Below are positions 27,933 through 40,207 of a stretch of 64,000 nt of DNA, piece by piece. The DNA is taken from the NCBI RefSeq assembly GCF_009914755.1, contig NC_060927.1; one strand, written 5' to 3'. The first letter of the stretch is position 1, and each line of letters opens with the position of its first letter. The position numbers and the translations under genes are program-made. The notes under the pieces were generated by a model. That model was not told where the DNA came from. It worked only from the letters and a program-made list of their open reading frames with translations, and did no database searches. This DNA comes from the human T2T-CHM13v2.0 reference genome, Homo sapiens.

Positions 27933-28639
27933 AAAGTTGTCCTTTTAAAAAATGAGATAGAGCAGATTCTGATGCCCATCTGATAGCTCCATCACTATAG
28001 AAATATTTAGGGCAACAGATTGGCGAGGCTGTGTCCTTCAAGCAGACTGACCCTTGAAGAGTTCTGAAAGGCACACAACAGGAAGTGCCCTGGATCTAAA
28101 TGATGGTGACCACCGGTCTCACTGCATAGTTTGGGATCTACTAAAGTTATTCAGTGTGCTTGGCTCTATATCACTTTGATGTTTTTCTCCATATACTCGG
28201 TCGTTGGCTTTCTTAGTTCATTTTACATTTACTGAGTACTCCTTAGACGCTGTGGGTACCAGAATGAATGAGCCACAAATGTCGACCTTAACAAGATCAT
28301 AGTCTGTGCTTCCTATTGATGGTCCAAGATGTTCTCATCAAGAAAAACAGCCCTCTTTGTTTTGTCTGTGTTATAGCTGAGAATACTGTACTGAACTAGG
28401 AGATGTTTTTCTCTTGGGAATGATCATGTCTCACAGTATAACTAGCACAGAATTACATTAACAAGTTTACTCAACAATAAGAACCATATTTACCATTTAT
28501 TCAGTGGTTGTTATGAGATGCTGGTAAACTTACTCTCTCGGAGTTTCTGTTACTTCACTTGGTACAGCTTAACTTTCCAGTTTCCCTGCATCACAGCACA
28601 GCTTCCTGTAACAGTTTGTTACTTCTGGTTCTTTGCCAG

Positions 28640-29280
28640 TCCAGCACTTTTCAACTTAATGTTTCACTCTTGCAATAACTTCCTATCTGACCTTTCTTCT
28701 CTCTCCAACCTATCACATATAGTGTCAATGGACTAGTACTCTGATTTCATCCTGCCATTAACCTGATCAGAAAATTCCAGAGATTGCCCATTTCCTGTAA
28801 ACTCTTATGACTAGACAGAAACTCACCCCACACTATGCCTCCCCTTACTTACCCAATCTCACCTCTTATTACACCAAGTTAGTTGTACCTCAAACATCTT
28901 GAGCTTTCTTGACTCTGTATTTGCTCCTGCATTTCTTCCTGTTGGAAAGTCTTTCCCTCCTACCTTCATCCTCCCACTTCAAGTTCAGCTTAAATTCAGC
29001 TCCTTTCTTCTGAAGCCTTCCCCAACTGCTATTGCTCACATCAATTTTCTGAAATGAGTGTCTACTGTCAGTATAGTTCTTTAGGACTTAATCCCATACT
29101 GACTTGGATTGTTATTTAACTGATTCCCCTCTGCAACTTCTTTTTCTAACTAGATTTTAAACTACCCAGGGAAAAGAGGCTCACCTTAAAAGTTGCCTTT
29201 GCGTCTCCTCCTAGTTTTAGGCAGTTGTTATGCATACATTTGATGCTCAACACATGTAAGAAATAAGTGTGGATTGAATG
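28640..29280 (+). mobile_element. L2 LINE 3' fragment
   Basis: TTTGCTCCTGCATTTCTTCCTGTTGGAA...TTCTGAAGCCTTCCC...TGCTCAAC...TGAATGAAT tail; strand and boundaries approximate. Confidence 0.55.
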
Positions 29281-29581
29281 AATTACCACTGGCTCCAAGC
29301 ATTTTTTTCCCTTTCCTTTATAGCTGGTGCCTGCCTTCTTAAGTCCTTAAGTTCTGTATTTAGCCATCTCAATGTTTTTCAAACCTTTCTAACCATAACC
29401 AATAGGAGGAAATTGCTTTTATATTGTGACCTGATGTACATGTGTATGAAAAATTCACAAAACAATACGTGTAAGTACTTACTCTGTGTCATGTATTCTG
29501 CTGTTTTCTATTCTATTTTTTAAAATACAGATCATGACACACTAAACTGATTTCACCACCAGGTGGTTATACTTACAGTAT

Positions 29582-30098
29582 TGTTGGGGCTCAGAAATCA
29601 ACATCCCAAGTATAGTGTTTTGACATGCTGAACTGAAGAAGCCGCAAAATCTCTCTGGCCTCCCCTCTTTGCTCCACCATCTCTCCCAAAGCACAAGATG
29701 AAGTTGAAGTTCCTTTATCTGCCCAAGATCTAGACCCATCAAAAGGAATAATTGTTTTTCCTTCCCTTCCTGTAAGACCAAGAATGTAATCACACCTAAT
29801 AGACCCTTTGACAAAATAACATACAAGTTAATTAATCTCTGTTCCCTGATCCATTCATCTTCCCTAGTAACTTCCTCAACAGAATTCCTCTTCTCCCCAC
29901 TCCCATAACCTGTTTTGCCAGGATGGTATATTAGCTTGTCAACCACTTAGGGGGTTGGCAATCACTCTATGATTCTCCCCATGTGCACACTGTGTGCACA
30001 TTAAGTTTATATGCCTTTTCTCTAATCTGCCTTTTTCAAGTTGATTTTTCTTCAAATCTTCAGAGGGCCAAGGGGAGAGCTTTCCCTTGACCCCTGCA
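29582..30098 (+). mobile_element. MER39-type ERV1 solo LTR with 4-bp TSD
   Basis: TGTTGGGGCTCAGAAA...GACATGCTGAACTGAAGAAGCC...TTTCCCTTGACCCCTGCA; TSD GTAT at 29578-29581 and 30099-30102. Confidence 0.85.
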
Positions 30099-30178
30099 GT
30101 ATAAAAACGCTCTCCTATCTTATGCTCCTTGTAAGAACATGAGGTGTATAGTACTGCTCTTAAAAAAATGCTTAAAAT

Positions 30179-30487
<309 letters not shown>

Positions 30488-31296
30488 TCAAACACTACCT
30501 GGGCTGCTCATTCTGTTCCTGACAGTTTGAGCTTCAATTTGATCTTTACATAGTTACCCTGAGATTACTTCTTACCATATTCCACCAGAGCACTAGGAAT
30601 CAAGCCCTTCCTTCTCCCAACTTCTTCCTTTTGAAATTTGGGGCACAATTAAATAATGATACACAAAGTATTCTCCAGATCGCTATTTCTTATGTTATCT
30701 TGAAAAATTTTAGCGGCATATAAATAAAAATTTCCAGGCCTAATTTGTAATCAAACCATTTGCAGATGAATAAAAGTAGGCATGGCCATATTTTTATTTT
30801 TGGACGTAGCTTAAGAACATGAGCACTATTGCCTGACAATCCAGAATCTGAATCCTAGCTTTGCCAAATTAGTGTGAGCCTCCATTTCTGCATCTATACA
30901 AAACGGGAATAATACCTACTTCAAGGGATTGATTGGAGTTAAATTACAGCATACAAGTAAAGAACTTGATACAGGACCTGGGTGCTCCATGAATGGACAC
31001 AGTGCTCCATGAATGGCAGTAAGGTTTTGTCACTAAATATATCTCAAAACTTCCTTTTAGGGTCATAAAGTAAGGTTTAGCCACAAGAATAAAAGTAAGA
31101 TGACTTTTCAAATATCTAGCTATTTTTTGAAGTTGGATGATTTATAATATAAAATTCCATGTTGGTTTTACAGATCATAAATATCCCCAAAGAAAGATTC
31201 TATTTGTGGTGCTGGATAAGCATTATATAGTAAGAAATGTCTACTGAAACTAGAAGATTGAGGATGCATATTCAACGACCTGCCTAGTCATGCTAA

Positions 31297-31636
<340 letters not shown>

Positions 31637-32613
31637 GCTTAATTTTTTTTTTTTTAACCACAAACGTCTGTCGGTGAAGTGTGCTTTAATTCAGCAAAAA
31701 TACAGCATTCAATACATATACATAACACAATATGTATACGGGGCTGCTTTTAAACAACGCCAAACCTTTAAGTCAAAGCCTTGTTCCAGTTGCTTGTATA
31801 TTCCTTCTGAGCTTGTCATCCACACACTTTTTTAACCTAGGTCAAGTTACTGCTACGGGTGTTTTTGATTGCAGAAGTTTGGCAGTTAGCAGTAAAGAAC
31901 TACCTTTTTATACAAATTATCTTCCCCTGAACCTGTCCAATTTAGCACACGGCAAGACAGAATATCTCATCCATTCGCCTAGAAACACGGGTCCAGGCTG
32001 TACCAGGCTCAGGGGACTTGCAACGCTTTCGAATCACTTAATGGGTGTGATCAAGATTTCCCTAGCCCCGTCTCAGCCATTTGCTAAAGAAGAGGCCTGA
32101 CTTGTGTTGAGACGAAAGCTCTTACAGCTTGATGGAACCCAAACTGGGACTTCTGGGGGGATTAACTTTCAGTCACATACGTTCAGGACTGTGCGTATGC
32201 GTGTCGGGAGACGCGTGAACCAAAGAAGCCACAGAGCCCGAAAAAGACCTGCAACAGGAGGTAGAGACCGAGGAATCGGCCCCAAGCTGCAGACTCCGGA
32301 GATGGCCAGACCCACAGACACGACTTAATCCCACTCCCAGAACGGGGAGGAGGGTGGCAGTGGACAGAAACAGCGTTCGAGAACCCGGCACCTTTCCACG
32401 CTCGCTTCTTCCCGGACCCACAACACAGAAACCCCCCAACTCGGAACGGCGGCGGGGCGCGCCAGGCCCCCCTCGGTCCGCGCACCCCCTTTCGTCACGT
32501 CCGGGGGCGGGCCGGGGCGCCGGGGGCGGTCCCGGGTGGAGCCGGGGGGCCGGGCGGGGCGGGGCGGGGCGGGGGTGGGGTTGCGGGGGTGCTTTGGGTG
32601 ACAACGGTCAATA

Positions 32614-32685
32614 ATGAAGGTGGCTGCGGCGCGGCGGCAGGCTCAGCTGCGCCGGGCGGGGGCGGCGCTGGGGCCGCGCCTGTAG
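32614..32685 (+). other. Candidate uORF1 (23 aa, MKVAAARRQAQLRRAGAALGPRL)
   Basis: ATG with A at -3, ending in TAG; only transcribed if the TSS lies upstream of 32614. Confidence 0.4.
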
Positions 32686-32707
32686 GACTCGGGGCCGACG
32701 CCGCGGG

Positions 32708-32731
32708 ATGGGGACGCGGCGCGGGGAGTGA
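32708..32731 (+). other. Candidate uORF2 (MGTRRGE*) in a strong Kozak context
   Basis: GGGATGG context; TGA at 32729-32731; out of frame with the main ATG. Confidence 0.6.
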
Positions 32732-32865
32732 GGCAGTGGCGGCGGCGGCGGTAAGCGGAACTTCGGCCCGAGGGGCTCGCCCGCTCCCGCCTCTGTCTTG
32801 TCGGCCTCCACCTGCAGCCCCGCGGCCCCCGCGCCCCGCGGGACCCGGACGGCGACGACGGGGGA

Positions 32866-32892
32866 ATGTGGCGCTGGATCCGGCAGCAGCTG
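32866..32892 (+). CDS. ATP11B: ATP11B coding exon 1 (MWRWIRQQL), P4-ATPase phospholipid flippase
   Basis: ATG in the CpG island, donor CTG|GTAGGT; joins exon 2 in frame to give the N-terminus I recognise as ATP11B. Confidence 0.96.
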
Positions 32893-35489
32893 GTAGGTGC
32901 CCCCGCCCCTCCACCTCCATTCGTCCGCCCCCGCGGGGCCTCTCGGCCCGGGGTGGCGGGGAAAGGCCGGCGGCGCGGAGCCGGGAGGCCAGGGCGTGGG
33001 CGCCCGGCTAGGCCGCAGCGGAGACGGGCGCGGGGCCCAGAGCCGGAGAAGCCCCGTGCGGCTCCCGGGCTCGTCTCGCCTCCAAGCCCGGGCCGCCGAG
33101 GCTGGCGCCGAGCGGCCGGAGGCGGCCGCTTCTAGCCGGCGCTTCTCCGTTACTTCTTCCCCCTTGCCGCTCCGGGGCTGCTGTGGCCAGAGGCGGGAGT
33201 CCCGAGCGGGGTGGCGGTGCCCCCAGAGGAAACAGGGCGAGGGAGCTGAGCGAGAGTAGGTCTTGGGGAGATGAGAGAGGCGTGCTCTTCCTGCCTCGAA
33301 CAATTTGGGACGTGTTTGGGTGAAGGGGAAGCGAAGAACCTGTCTTCTGCCCCCACTCGTCACGGACTTCTGGAAGCGTGTCACGATCCAGAGCTGTGTT
33401 GATTCCCGAGGAGGAGGCTGTCGTAGGTGTCTAGCCCCCTCAGCGAGAGACGTTTCTCCCCAGGACCTGGAAAGGGGAAAGACTGTGCCAGCTGCCGGTC
33501 TAGCTTCGGAAACGATACGTATTGTACGATAGTTACGAACGATACGTACTGTCGTTTCCTTCCTACCTCGTCCTCACCCCACCCCGAGTGAAACTTTTCG
33601 AGTGTGAACCTTACTTTTTTCCCGTTCTCCTCAAGGCAGTTTGAACGACACAGGTTTGGAAGGAATAGTTAACTCTCCAGTATTATTGGAACATCTGGAC
33701 ACCACCAACAAAAAATCTTAGAAAAGGGTCATTTAAGGCCTATAAAAAGTGCCACCTTTCCCAGAATTAATTCAGAGAGAAAAATCTTATCTGCCTCCTG
33801 GCAGCTACAGCGCAGAAAGTACAGCATTAAGGCAGCTGTGACAATTAGGACAGAAATTGCCCCTGGCTGAAGAAGCCTAACCTTATCTGTGTGATGAGGC
33901 CGGTTACTATTTAATTTCTAAATCGCATTAACTTAATGCTTCTACAAGTTGGCGTTTTCATTTACTAATTCTAAAGGCAGTGGTAAAATTTAGTGAAACA
34001 GGAACTATTTTTGTGGGACGAAAGCACTGATAACTCTTTTTCCCTTCTGCTCTAGAAAAGCATTTTAACGTTAAGACCAAGAAGTGTGGTGTTTCAGAGC
34101 CAGCCTTCTGTTACTTCGTTTTGCAGCGGGCATCATTCTCAAAAAAAAAAAAAAATTATAAATAAGAACTGCCTACCACTCCCTCCTACAAATGTTGGGT
34201 CTCTGTTTTTAGCATTGTAAATTCAGATATCCCAGATATATGCTTTATTAGGAAACCAAGCTAATGATGTCATTATAATACCATCTTGTAATACTTTGGC
34301 TTTGTTGCAGTAAGCTGTAGCACAGTAATTTTACTCAGAAAGTTAATTATTACAGATTTGATCTTATGCTTTTGATTTGCCAAATCTTCTTGTATAGAGG
34401 GCTGATTTACCTGATGGTGTTTTTGTGTGGTAGGAAGATCATTTTAAAGTGGTTCTCTTGAAGCTTTTTTAAAAATGTATTGAGACATCCTTTCTCACTG
34501 TTAGGTATTTTTTAGCCAGAATAAAATCCTGGTTGTATAACCATGCTCATCTTCAAGACAGAAAACCTGGTAATGTTTTTTAAAATGGCTTCAAATGAAC
34601 CCAGCTAAAAGGAAGGGCCGGAAGTTGTGTGTGGTTATTTTACAAGGCAGCCGTCTTAACAGGGATGGCTAACGAGTTGAACAAGTTCCTGTGCATAAAA
34701 AATGCTATCTCTGACATTTAGTTGCTCACCTCACTGGTTTTAAGTTATCAGATCCTCTAAGTATGTAATCATACTTGGGCCAATGTAGGACTTTGTGTCT
34801 CTGGTTAAGTTTGTATGATCACATAAATTAAACATCAAGGACCCTGGATACAGAGTAATGAAAGTATATTTTGCTATCCCAGTCATAGACAGCTATTCTG
34901 ATTACTGCACCAGAAATTATTCAACTCAGGTAAAAGCTAGTTTAGATTATACTTCCAGTGGCTTAATGGATTGAATCACCACGACTTTCAGCAATGGGTT
35001 TATTTTAAAATGCAGATAACTAGGACAAATTGGGGGAAATTGACAAGCAAATCCTAAGGACAGGTTGGAGTTATAAGCATATTTAATTCGTTATATGAAT
35101 CCCGATTTTCAACTAATGTCTCACAAAAAAGTCCTTTTATTACAGAAACAATGCCTATGTTCTAGTAATTTCTTTTTAATTAAAAAAAAGTGTGACTCCT
35201 TATGACAAAATATTTTCACTACTTGAGAAGATGGAAAAATCAGAAAGTTGACAGAAGCTTGATCTTTTCTATTGGGAAAGTAGGCTGAAAATAAAAAGAT
35301 TGGAATATCCTTTTTTGTTTTTCTTTTTGGCACACAATGTTAAAGTTACTTGACACTAAGAAAATTCTCTTATGGTGTCTTTGTGGTACAGTTAGTATTA
35401 TTCAAAGTATACTCATTTTCAGTACCATATTTTATGTATTAACTCATTAGAGATGACAATACCTTGATTATAATTATGGAAATGCCATT

Positions 35490-35690
35490 AGCTACTCACT
35501 GTATTCTAATATTTAGACCTGTACGGTAGCCATTAGCCACAAGTGGCCATTAAAATTAAAATTGGAGCCATATGTGGGTATTAAAATTAAAATTTGAATT
35601 CATGTGTCTATTGGCTGCCATTGGCTGCCATATTGGACAGTTCATATTTTCATTATCACAGAAAATTCTATTGGACAGCACCAATTTAGA
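35490..35690. mobile_element. MER3/MER33-type hAT MITE
   Basis: GGTAGCCATTAGCCACAAGTGGC...TATCACAGAAAATTCTATTGGACAGCAC. Confidence 0.7.
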
Positions 35691-36424
35691 CTTTTAAATG
35701 AAAGTCTGTGTCAGTACATATTTGAATGTAATACTACATTTTTAAAGCACTTGCTGTGTGCTGGTATTAACAGATGCTGAATACCGGGGATACAAATGTT
35801 GGTCAGGGTCACACATACTCTACATAAGTAGACATTGGATACATGTTGCTGAACAAATAATTAATAGATGAGGAAAGAAAGAATGAATCTGTAGTGTTGT
35901 TTCTGTGTTTAGAGACAAAAATGACCAAATTTAAGATTGACTAGCCCAGAAAACAGTTAGAAAATGAGTAATTACACAAAAACAGTATTACTAGGATAAC
36001 TGTTTCTTAAACTGTTCCATAAATGTAATCCCTTTAGATTGTATTGGCGATGGTGGTAGGAGGCTGCTAAGATTGTCTTCTGATTAACTGAGAAAAATGA
36101 GAAGGTCTTAATCTGAACTCCCTCAACTTTCTGTTCTTCCTCACACTCACCGAACTTGCTTATATTTTATACTGGTACTTAATTCTTCCCTTCACAGTCA
36201 CAAGGAAGATGCAACCCTCTTTTCCAAGATAACAATTCCACTTAAGCTTTTGATCCTTTTCTTTCATTCTGCTGTCCATACTCCATCAGTTATCATTAGT
36301 ATGTTTCTTTTCTTTCTCTTTACTTTTTCTCTTAACTTGTGAACATGTTCAAGCCTCTCTGCTACTTTTTCCTGTACCTGTAACTGGCAAATTCTTTTTA
36401 ATTTTCTGAAAAACAGATCTATAA

Positions 36425-37020
36425 AACTGTGCTGGCTGATGTATTTGGAATGTGGCTAGTTTGAGTAGAGTTATTCTTACGTATAAAATACACATTGGAT
36501 TTCAAAAACAGTATTAAAAAATGTAAAACCTGGCCGGGCAAGGTGGCTCATTCCTGTAATCCCAGTACTTTGGGAGGCCGAGACAGGCAGATCACCTGAG
36601 GTCAGGAGTTCGAGACCAGCCTGGCCAACATGGTGAAACCTCATCTCTACTAAAAATCCGAAAATTTGCCTGGCGTGGTGATGGGCACCTGTAATCCCAG
36701 CTACTCAGGAGGCTGAAGCAGCAGAATCACTTGAACGTGGGAGGCAAAGGTTGCAGTAAGCCAAGATCATGCCACTGGACTCCAGCCTGGGTGACAGAGG
36801 GAGACTCTGTCTCAAAAAAGAAAAAAGAAAAAAGAAAAAAGAACTCTCATTTTTTTGTTAGTTACATGTTGAGATATTATAATATTTTACATATATAGGT
36901 AAAGTAAAATAAATTTTTGGAATTTTGTTTCTTTTTACTTTTTTTAAAGTGGTTAGAAATTTTAAAGTTACCTACGTGACTTGCATCTGTTGCTCATGTT
37001 CTATTTCTATTAGTGCTGCT
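36425..37020. mobile_element. MER33-type MITE split by an AluS (36532-36840, + strand)
   Basis: GTATAAAATACACATTGGATTTC before the Alu; CTCATTTTTTTGTTAGTTACATGTTG after it. Confidence 0.75.
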
Positions 37021-37059
37021 GTATAACATTAAAAGTGAATTCCTGTATCCTGGTAAGAA

Positions 37060-37243
37060 TAGTGAGATCCTGTCTCTAGGAAAGAAAAAAAAATTAGCTG
37101 GGCATTGTGGTACTGACTTGTAGTCTCAGCTGCTTGGAAGGTTAGGGTGGGAAGGTCACTTGACCCAAGTAGTTTGAGGCTGCAGTGAGCCATGATCATG
37201 CCACCACACTCTAGCCTGGGTGACAGAGTGAGACCGTCTGAAA
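37060..37243 (+). mobile_element. Partial AluJ (right arm)
   Basis: AATTAGCTGGGCATTGTGG...CTGCAGTGAGCCATGATCATGCCAC. Confidence 0.85.
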
Positions 37244-37779
37244 AGAATAGTGAGCTCCTGTTTTTACAGAACACATTGTGGAAGTCTAGATATCTCACTT
37301 ACTAGACTAGACTGTAAATATCTTAGGATAAGAACCATATCTTACTTGTATTTATATTCCTTACACTCAAGACAGCAGTTGGCCCATTGTAGGTATTCAC
37401 CTGCCAAATGTTGGTTGAATAAATGAATGAGTATCAGATCTAATTCAGCATCAGTTTGAAAATACCTGCATTCTCTGCCTCTTTTCCAAGGAATGAATGA
37501 AGGAATAGAAAAAGGAAGCACTGGCCTAGGGTGGTATTTTTTTTGTGGATAAGTTTTAACCTCAAGAATTAATGTTTAAGAACCTAGATCTGTGAGTATG
37601 TGCTGCTTTATCTCTATTTTCAGACATATATTCTTAGATACGCAGTTTTGCATTTGGTTAGGAAGAGGATAAAGCATTAGAGGAAACTCAGGTATTCCCA
37701 GCAACACTGAAGTAGGGACCTTGCTCCAGATCCTCTAAAGAGCCTTATGATTACCATTATTGTCATTAAATGTTTTCTA

Positions 37780-38090
37780 GACCTGTGCTATTCAACATGG
37801 TATCCACATATGGCTGTCGAAATGTAGGCACTTGAAGTGTGTCTACTCTGAATTGAGATGTGTGTGAATGAAATATGCAGTGGATCTTGAAGACTTAGTT
37901 TGGAAAAAGGATGTAAAATATCTCATTCATTTTCTAATTGATTACATGTTGAAATTATATTGGGTTATATAAATATACATGTATTTGGTTAAATATTAAA
38001 TGCTACTTGTTTATTTTTACCTTTTTTTAAATGTGGAAACTAAGAAAATTAACATATGTGGCTTAGGCCATATTTCTGTTCTACAGCATT
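37780..38090. mobile_element. MER33-type MITE
   Basis: CTGTGCTATTCAACATGG...TGAATTGAGATGTG...GATTACATGTTGAAAT...AAATGTGGAAACTAAGAAAATT. Confidence 0.7.
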
Positions 38091-38374
38091 GTTTTAGATT
38101 ATGGTAACAATATATAATGCCTGGCATAGGCAGATTCAAGAAAGTTTTTGATTCTAAGGACTTTATGACTTTACCCAGGCTTTTTTTCTGTGAGTTTTCT
38201 ATTTTCAGAGTGTTGGTCTGCATTATATCTAAGAGACTAGAAGCTGCCTGATAGACTAACTGCATCTGGTCCCTTGGAAATAATTTATCAAGTCAACATC
38301 GACTGCTGTGGGGTTCTAGATTTAGCCATGCTGTTTATTCTTCATTTTGTTTCTGCAGTTGTCTGAGTGCTGAT

Positions 38375-38680
38375 CTTTCTTTCTTTCTTTCTTTTTTTTT
38401 TTTGGAGACAGTTTCGCTCTTTCGCCCAGGCGGAGTGCAGTTGCGCGATCTCAGCTCACTGCAAGTTCGCCTCCTGGGTTCCCACCATTCTCCTGCCTCA
38501 GCCTCCGGAGTAGCTGGGACTACAGGCGCCCACCACCACGCCCAGCTAATTTTTTGTATTTTTAGTAGAGATGGGGTTTCTCCGTGTTACCAGGATGGTC
38601 TCGATCTCCTGACCTCATGATCCGCCCGCCTCGGCCTCCGGAAGTGCTGGGATTACAGGCGTCAGCCACCATGCCCGGCC
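38375..38680 (-). mobile_element. AluY-type
   Basis: Alu dimer; TSD GAGTGCTGATC. Confidence 0.92.
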
Positions 38681-38937
38681 CGAGTGCTGATCATTCTAAG
38701 CAAGATAATATTCATAATTAGCTTAGTTTTTACTAGAAATGTGCATTTTTATTGTTTAATTTTAATTTTTTTATTCTCAAAAGGAAGTAAACGTGTATTT
38801 TTTAAAAAATATCAAAATGAAACTCAAGATTTGAGTTTATAAACATAGTTGAAAGATTTTATTCTCAGATATTCTTTATTTTGCTTTTTTTCCTGGAGTT
38901 TCTCTGTTATAAAATTTAGTATAAGAAAAACATTCTA

Positions 38938-39250
38938 GGCCAGGTGTGGTGGCTCAAACCTGTAACCTCGGCACTTTGGGAGACACACAGGAGGATTGCT
39001 TTGGGCCAGGAGTTTAAGGCCAGATTGGGCAACATAGTGAGACCCTGTGTCTACAAAAATTAAAAATTAGCTGGGCATGGCGGTGCCTGCCTTTAGTCCC
39101 AGCTACTTGGGAGACTGAGGCAGGAGTATTGCTTGAACACAGGAGTTCAAGGCGGCAGTGAGCTATGATTGTGCCAGTACATTCCAGCCTGGATGACAGA
39201 GTAAGACCCTGTCTCTAAAAAATAAAAATTAAAAAAAAGAAAGAAACAAA
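38938..39250 (+). mobile_element. AluJ
   Basis: Diverged dimer; TSD AAAAACATTCT. Confidence 0.9.
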
Positions 39251-39334
39251 AACATTCTTGATTGGATATTTATATGGGAAATACTATGAGACTTATTTTT
39301 AAGCCAATACTTCAAGTTAGAAATTATATATATA

Positions 39335-39632
39335 ATTTTTTTTTTGAGATAAGGCCTCACTTTGTCTCCCAGGCTGTACTGCAGTGATGTGATCACAGCT
39401 CACTGCAACCCCAAACTCCTGGGCTCAAATGATCCTCCTGCCTCAGCCTCCTGAGTAGCTAAGACTTCAGGCATTTGCCACCACACCCAGCTAATTAAAA
39501 AAAAAAAAATTTGTAGAGGTGGGGGTCTCACTATGTTTCCCAGGCTGGTCTCAGACTCCTGGACTCAAGCGATCCTCCTGTCTCAGCCTCCCAAAGTGCT
39601 GAGATTACAGGTGTGAGCCACTGTGCCCAGAC
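39335..39632 (-). mobile_element. AluJ
   Basis: Diverged dimer, tail-to-tail with the previous Alu. Confidence 0.9.
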
Positions 39633-39890
39633 GATGTTTGTATTTAATTTTTTTGCATATGTGGTTATAATGCATTCAGTAAACATTCACCTGTATTGTG
39701 AATGACATGCATTGAATTTCTGTTACTTCTCAGCACTTGGGAATGGCTCTGAGGGAACTGTTTGACTCTTGGGTGTGCTTAGGAGAAAACTAGAACACAA
39801 ATTTTTTTGCTGACTGGCTCACTTAAAATTGTACAATTTTTAATTTTCGTATTTTCTTATCCTATACATGGTATTGGCAAATTCTTTTGA

Positions 39891-40207
39891 TTTTTTTTTT
39901 TTTTTTAAGACAGTCTCGCTTTGTCACCCAGGCTAGAGTGCAGTGGCGCGATCTCCGCTCACTGCAACCTCCGCCCCCCACCCCCCCCAGCCCCGCCCAG
40001 ATTCAGGTGATTCTCCTGCCTCAGCCTCCTGAGTAGCTGGGATTACAGGCACGTCCCACCATGCCCAACGGATTTTTTCGTATTGTTAGTAGAGACAGGG
40101 TTTCGCCATGTTGGCCAGGCCAGTCTCGAACCCTGGACCTCAGATGATCAATCCACTTCGGCCTCCCAGAGTGCTGGGATTACAGGTGTGACCCATCCCA
40201 CCAGGCC
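39891..40207 (-). mobile_element. AluS with internal C-run expansion
   Basis: Alu dimer; CCGCCCCCCACCCCCCCCAGCCCCGCCC at ~39971-39998. Confidence 0.9.

Larger units (their letters stand above)
32190..33560. promoter_or_regulatory. ATP11B: CpG island / TATA-less promoter of ATP11B
   Basis: Very high GC and CpG density; tandem GC boxes GGGGCGGGGC at ~32552-32575; CRE/ATF-like CGTCACGTC at ~32493; NRF1-like TGCGTATGCG at ~32192. Confidence 0.95.

Noticed and set aside
30982-31016. Short tandem duplications here and at ~16874-16895, 42914-42968 and 53491-53544
   Set aside because: They are ordinary 10-32 nt slippage duplications with no further structure.
32173-33384. Long GC-rich ORFs on both strands (up to 258 aa) and the 89-aa unspliced ORF from 32866
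   Set aside because: These are Arg/Gly/Pro/Ala-rich products of stop-codon depletion in a CpG island; only the first 9 codons from 32866 are supported, by a donor and an in-frame exon 2.
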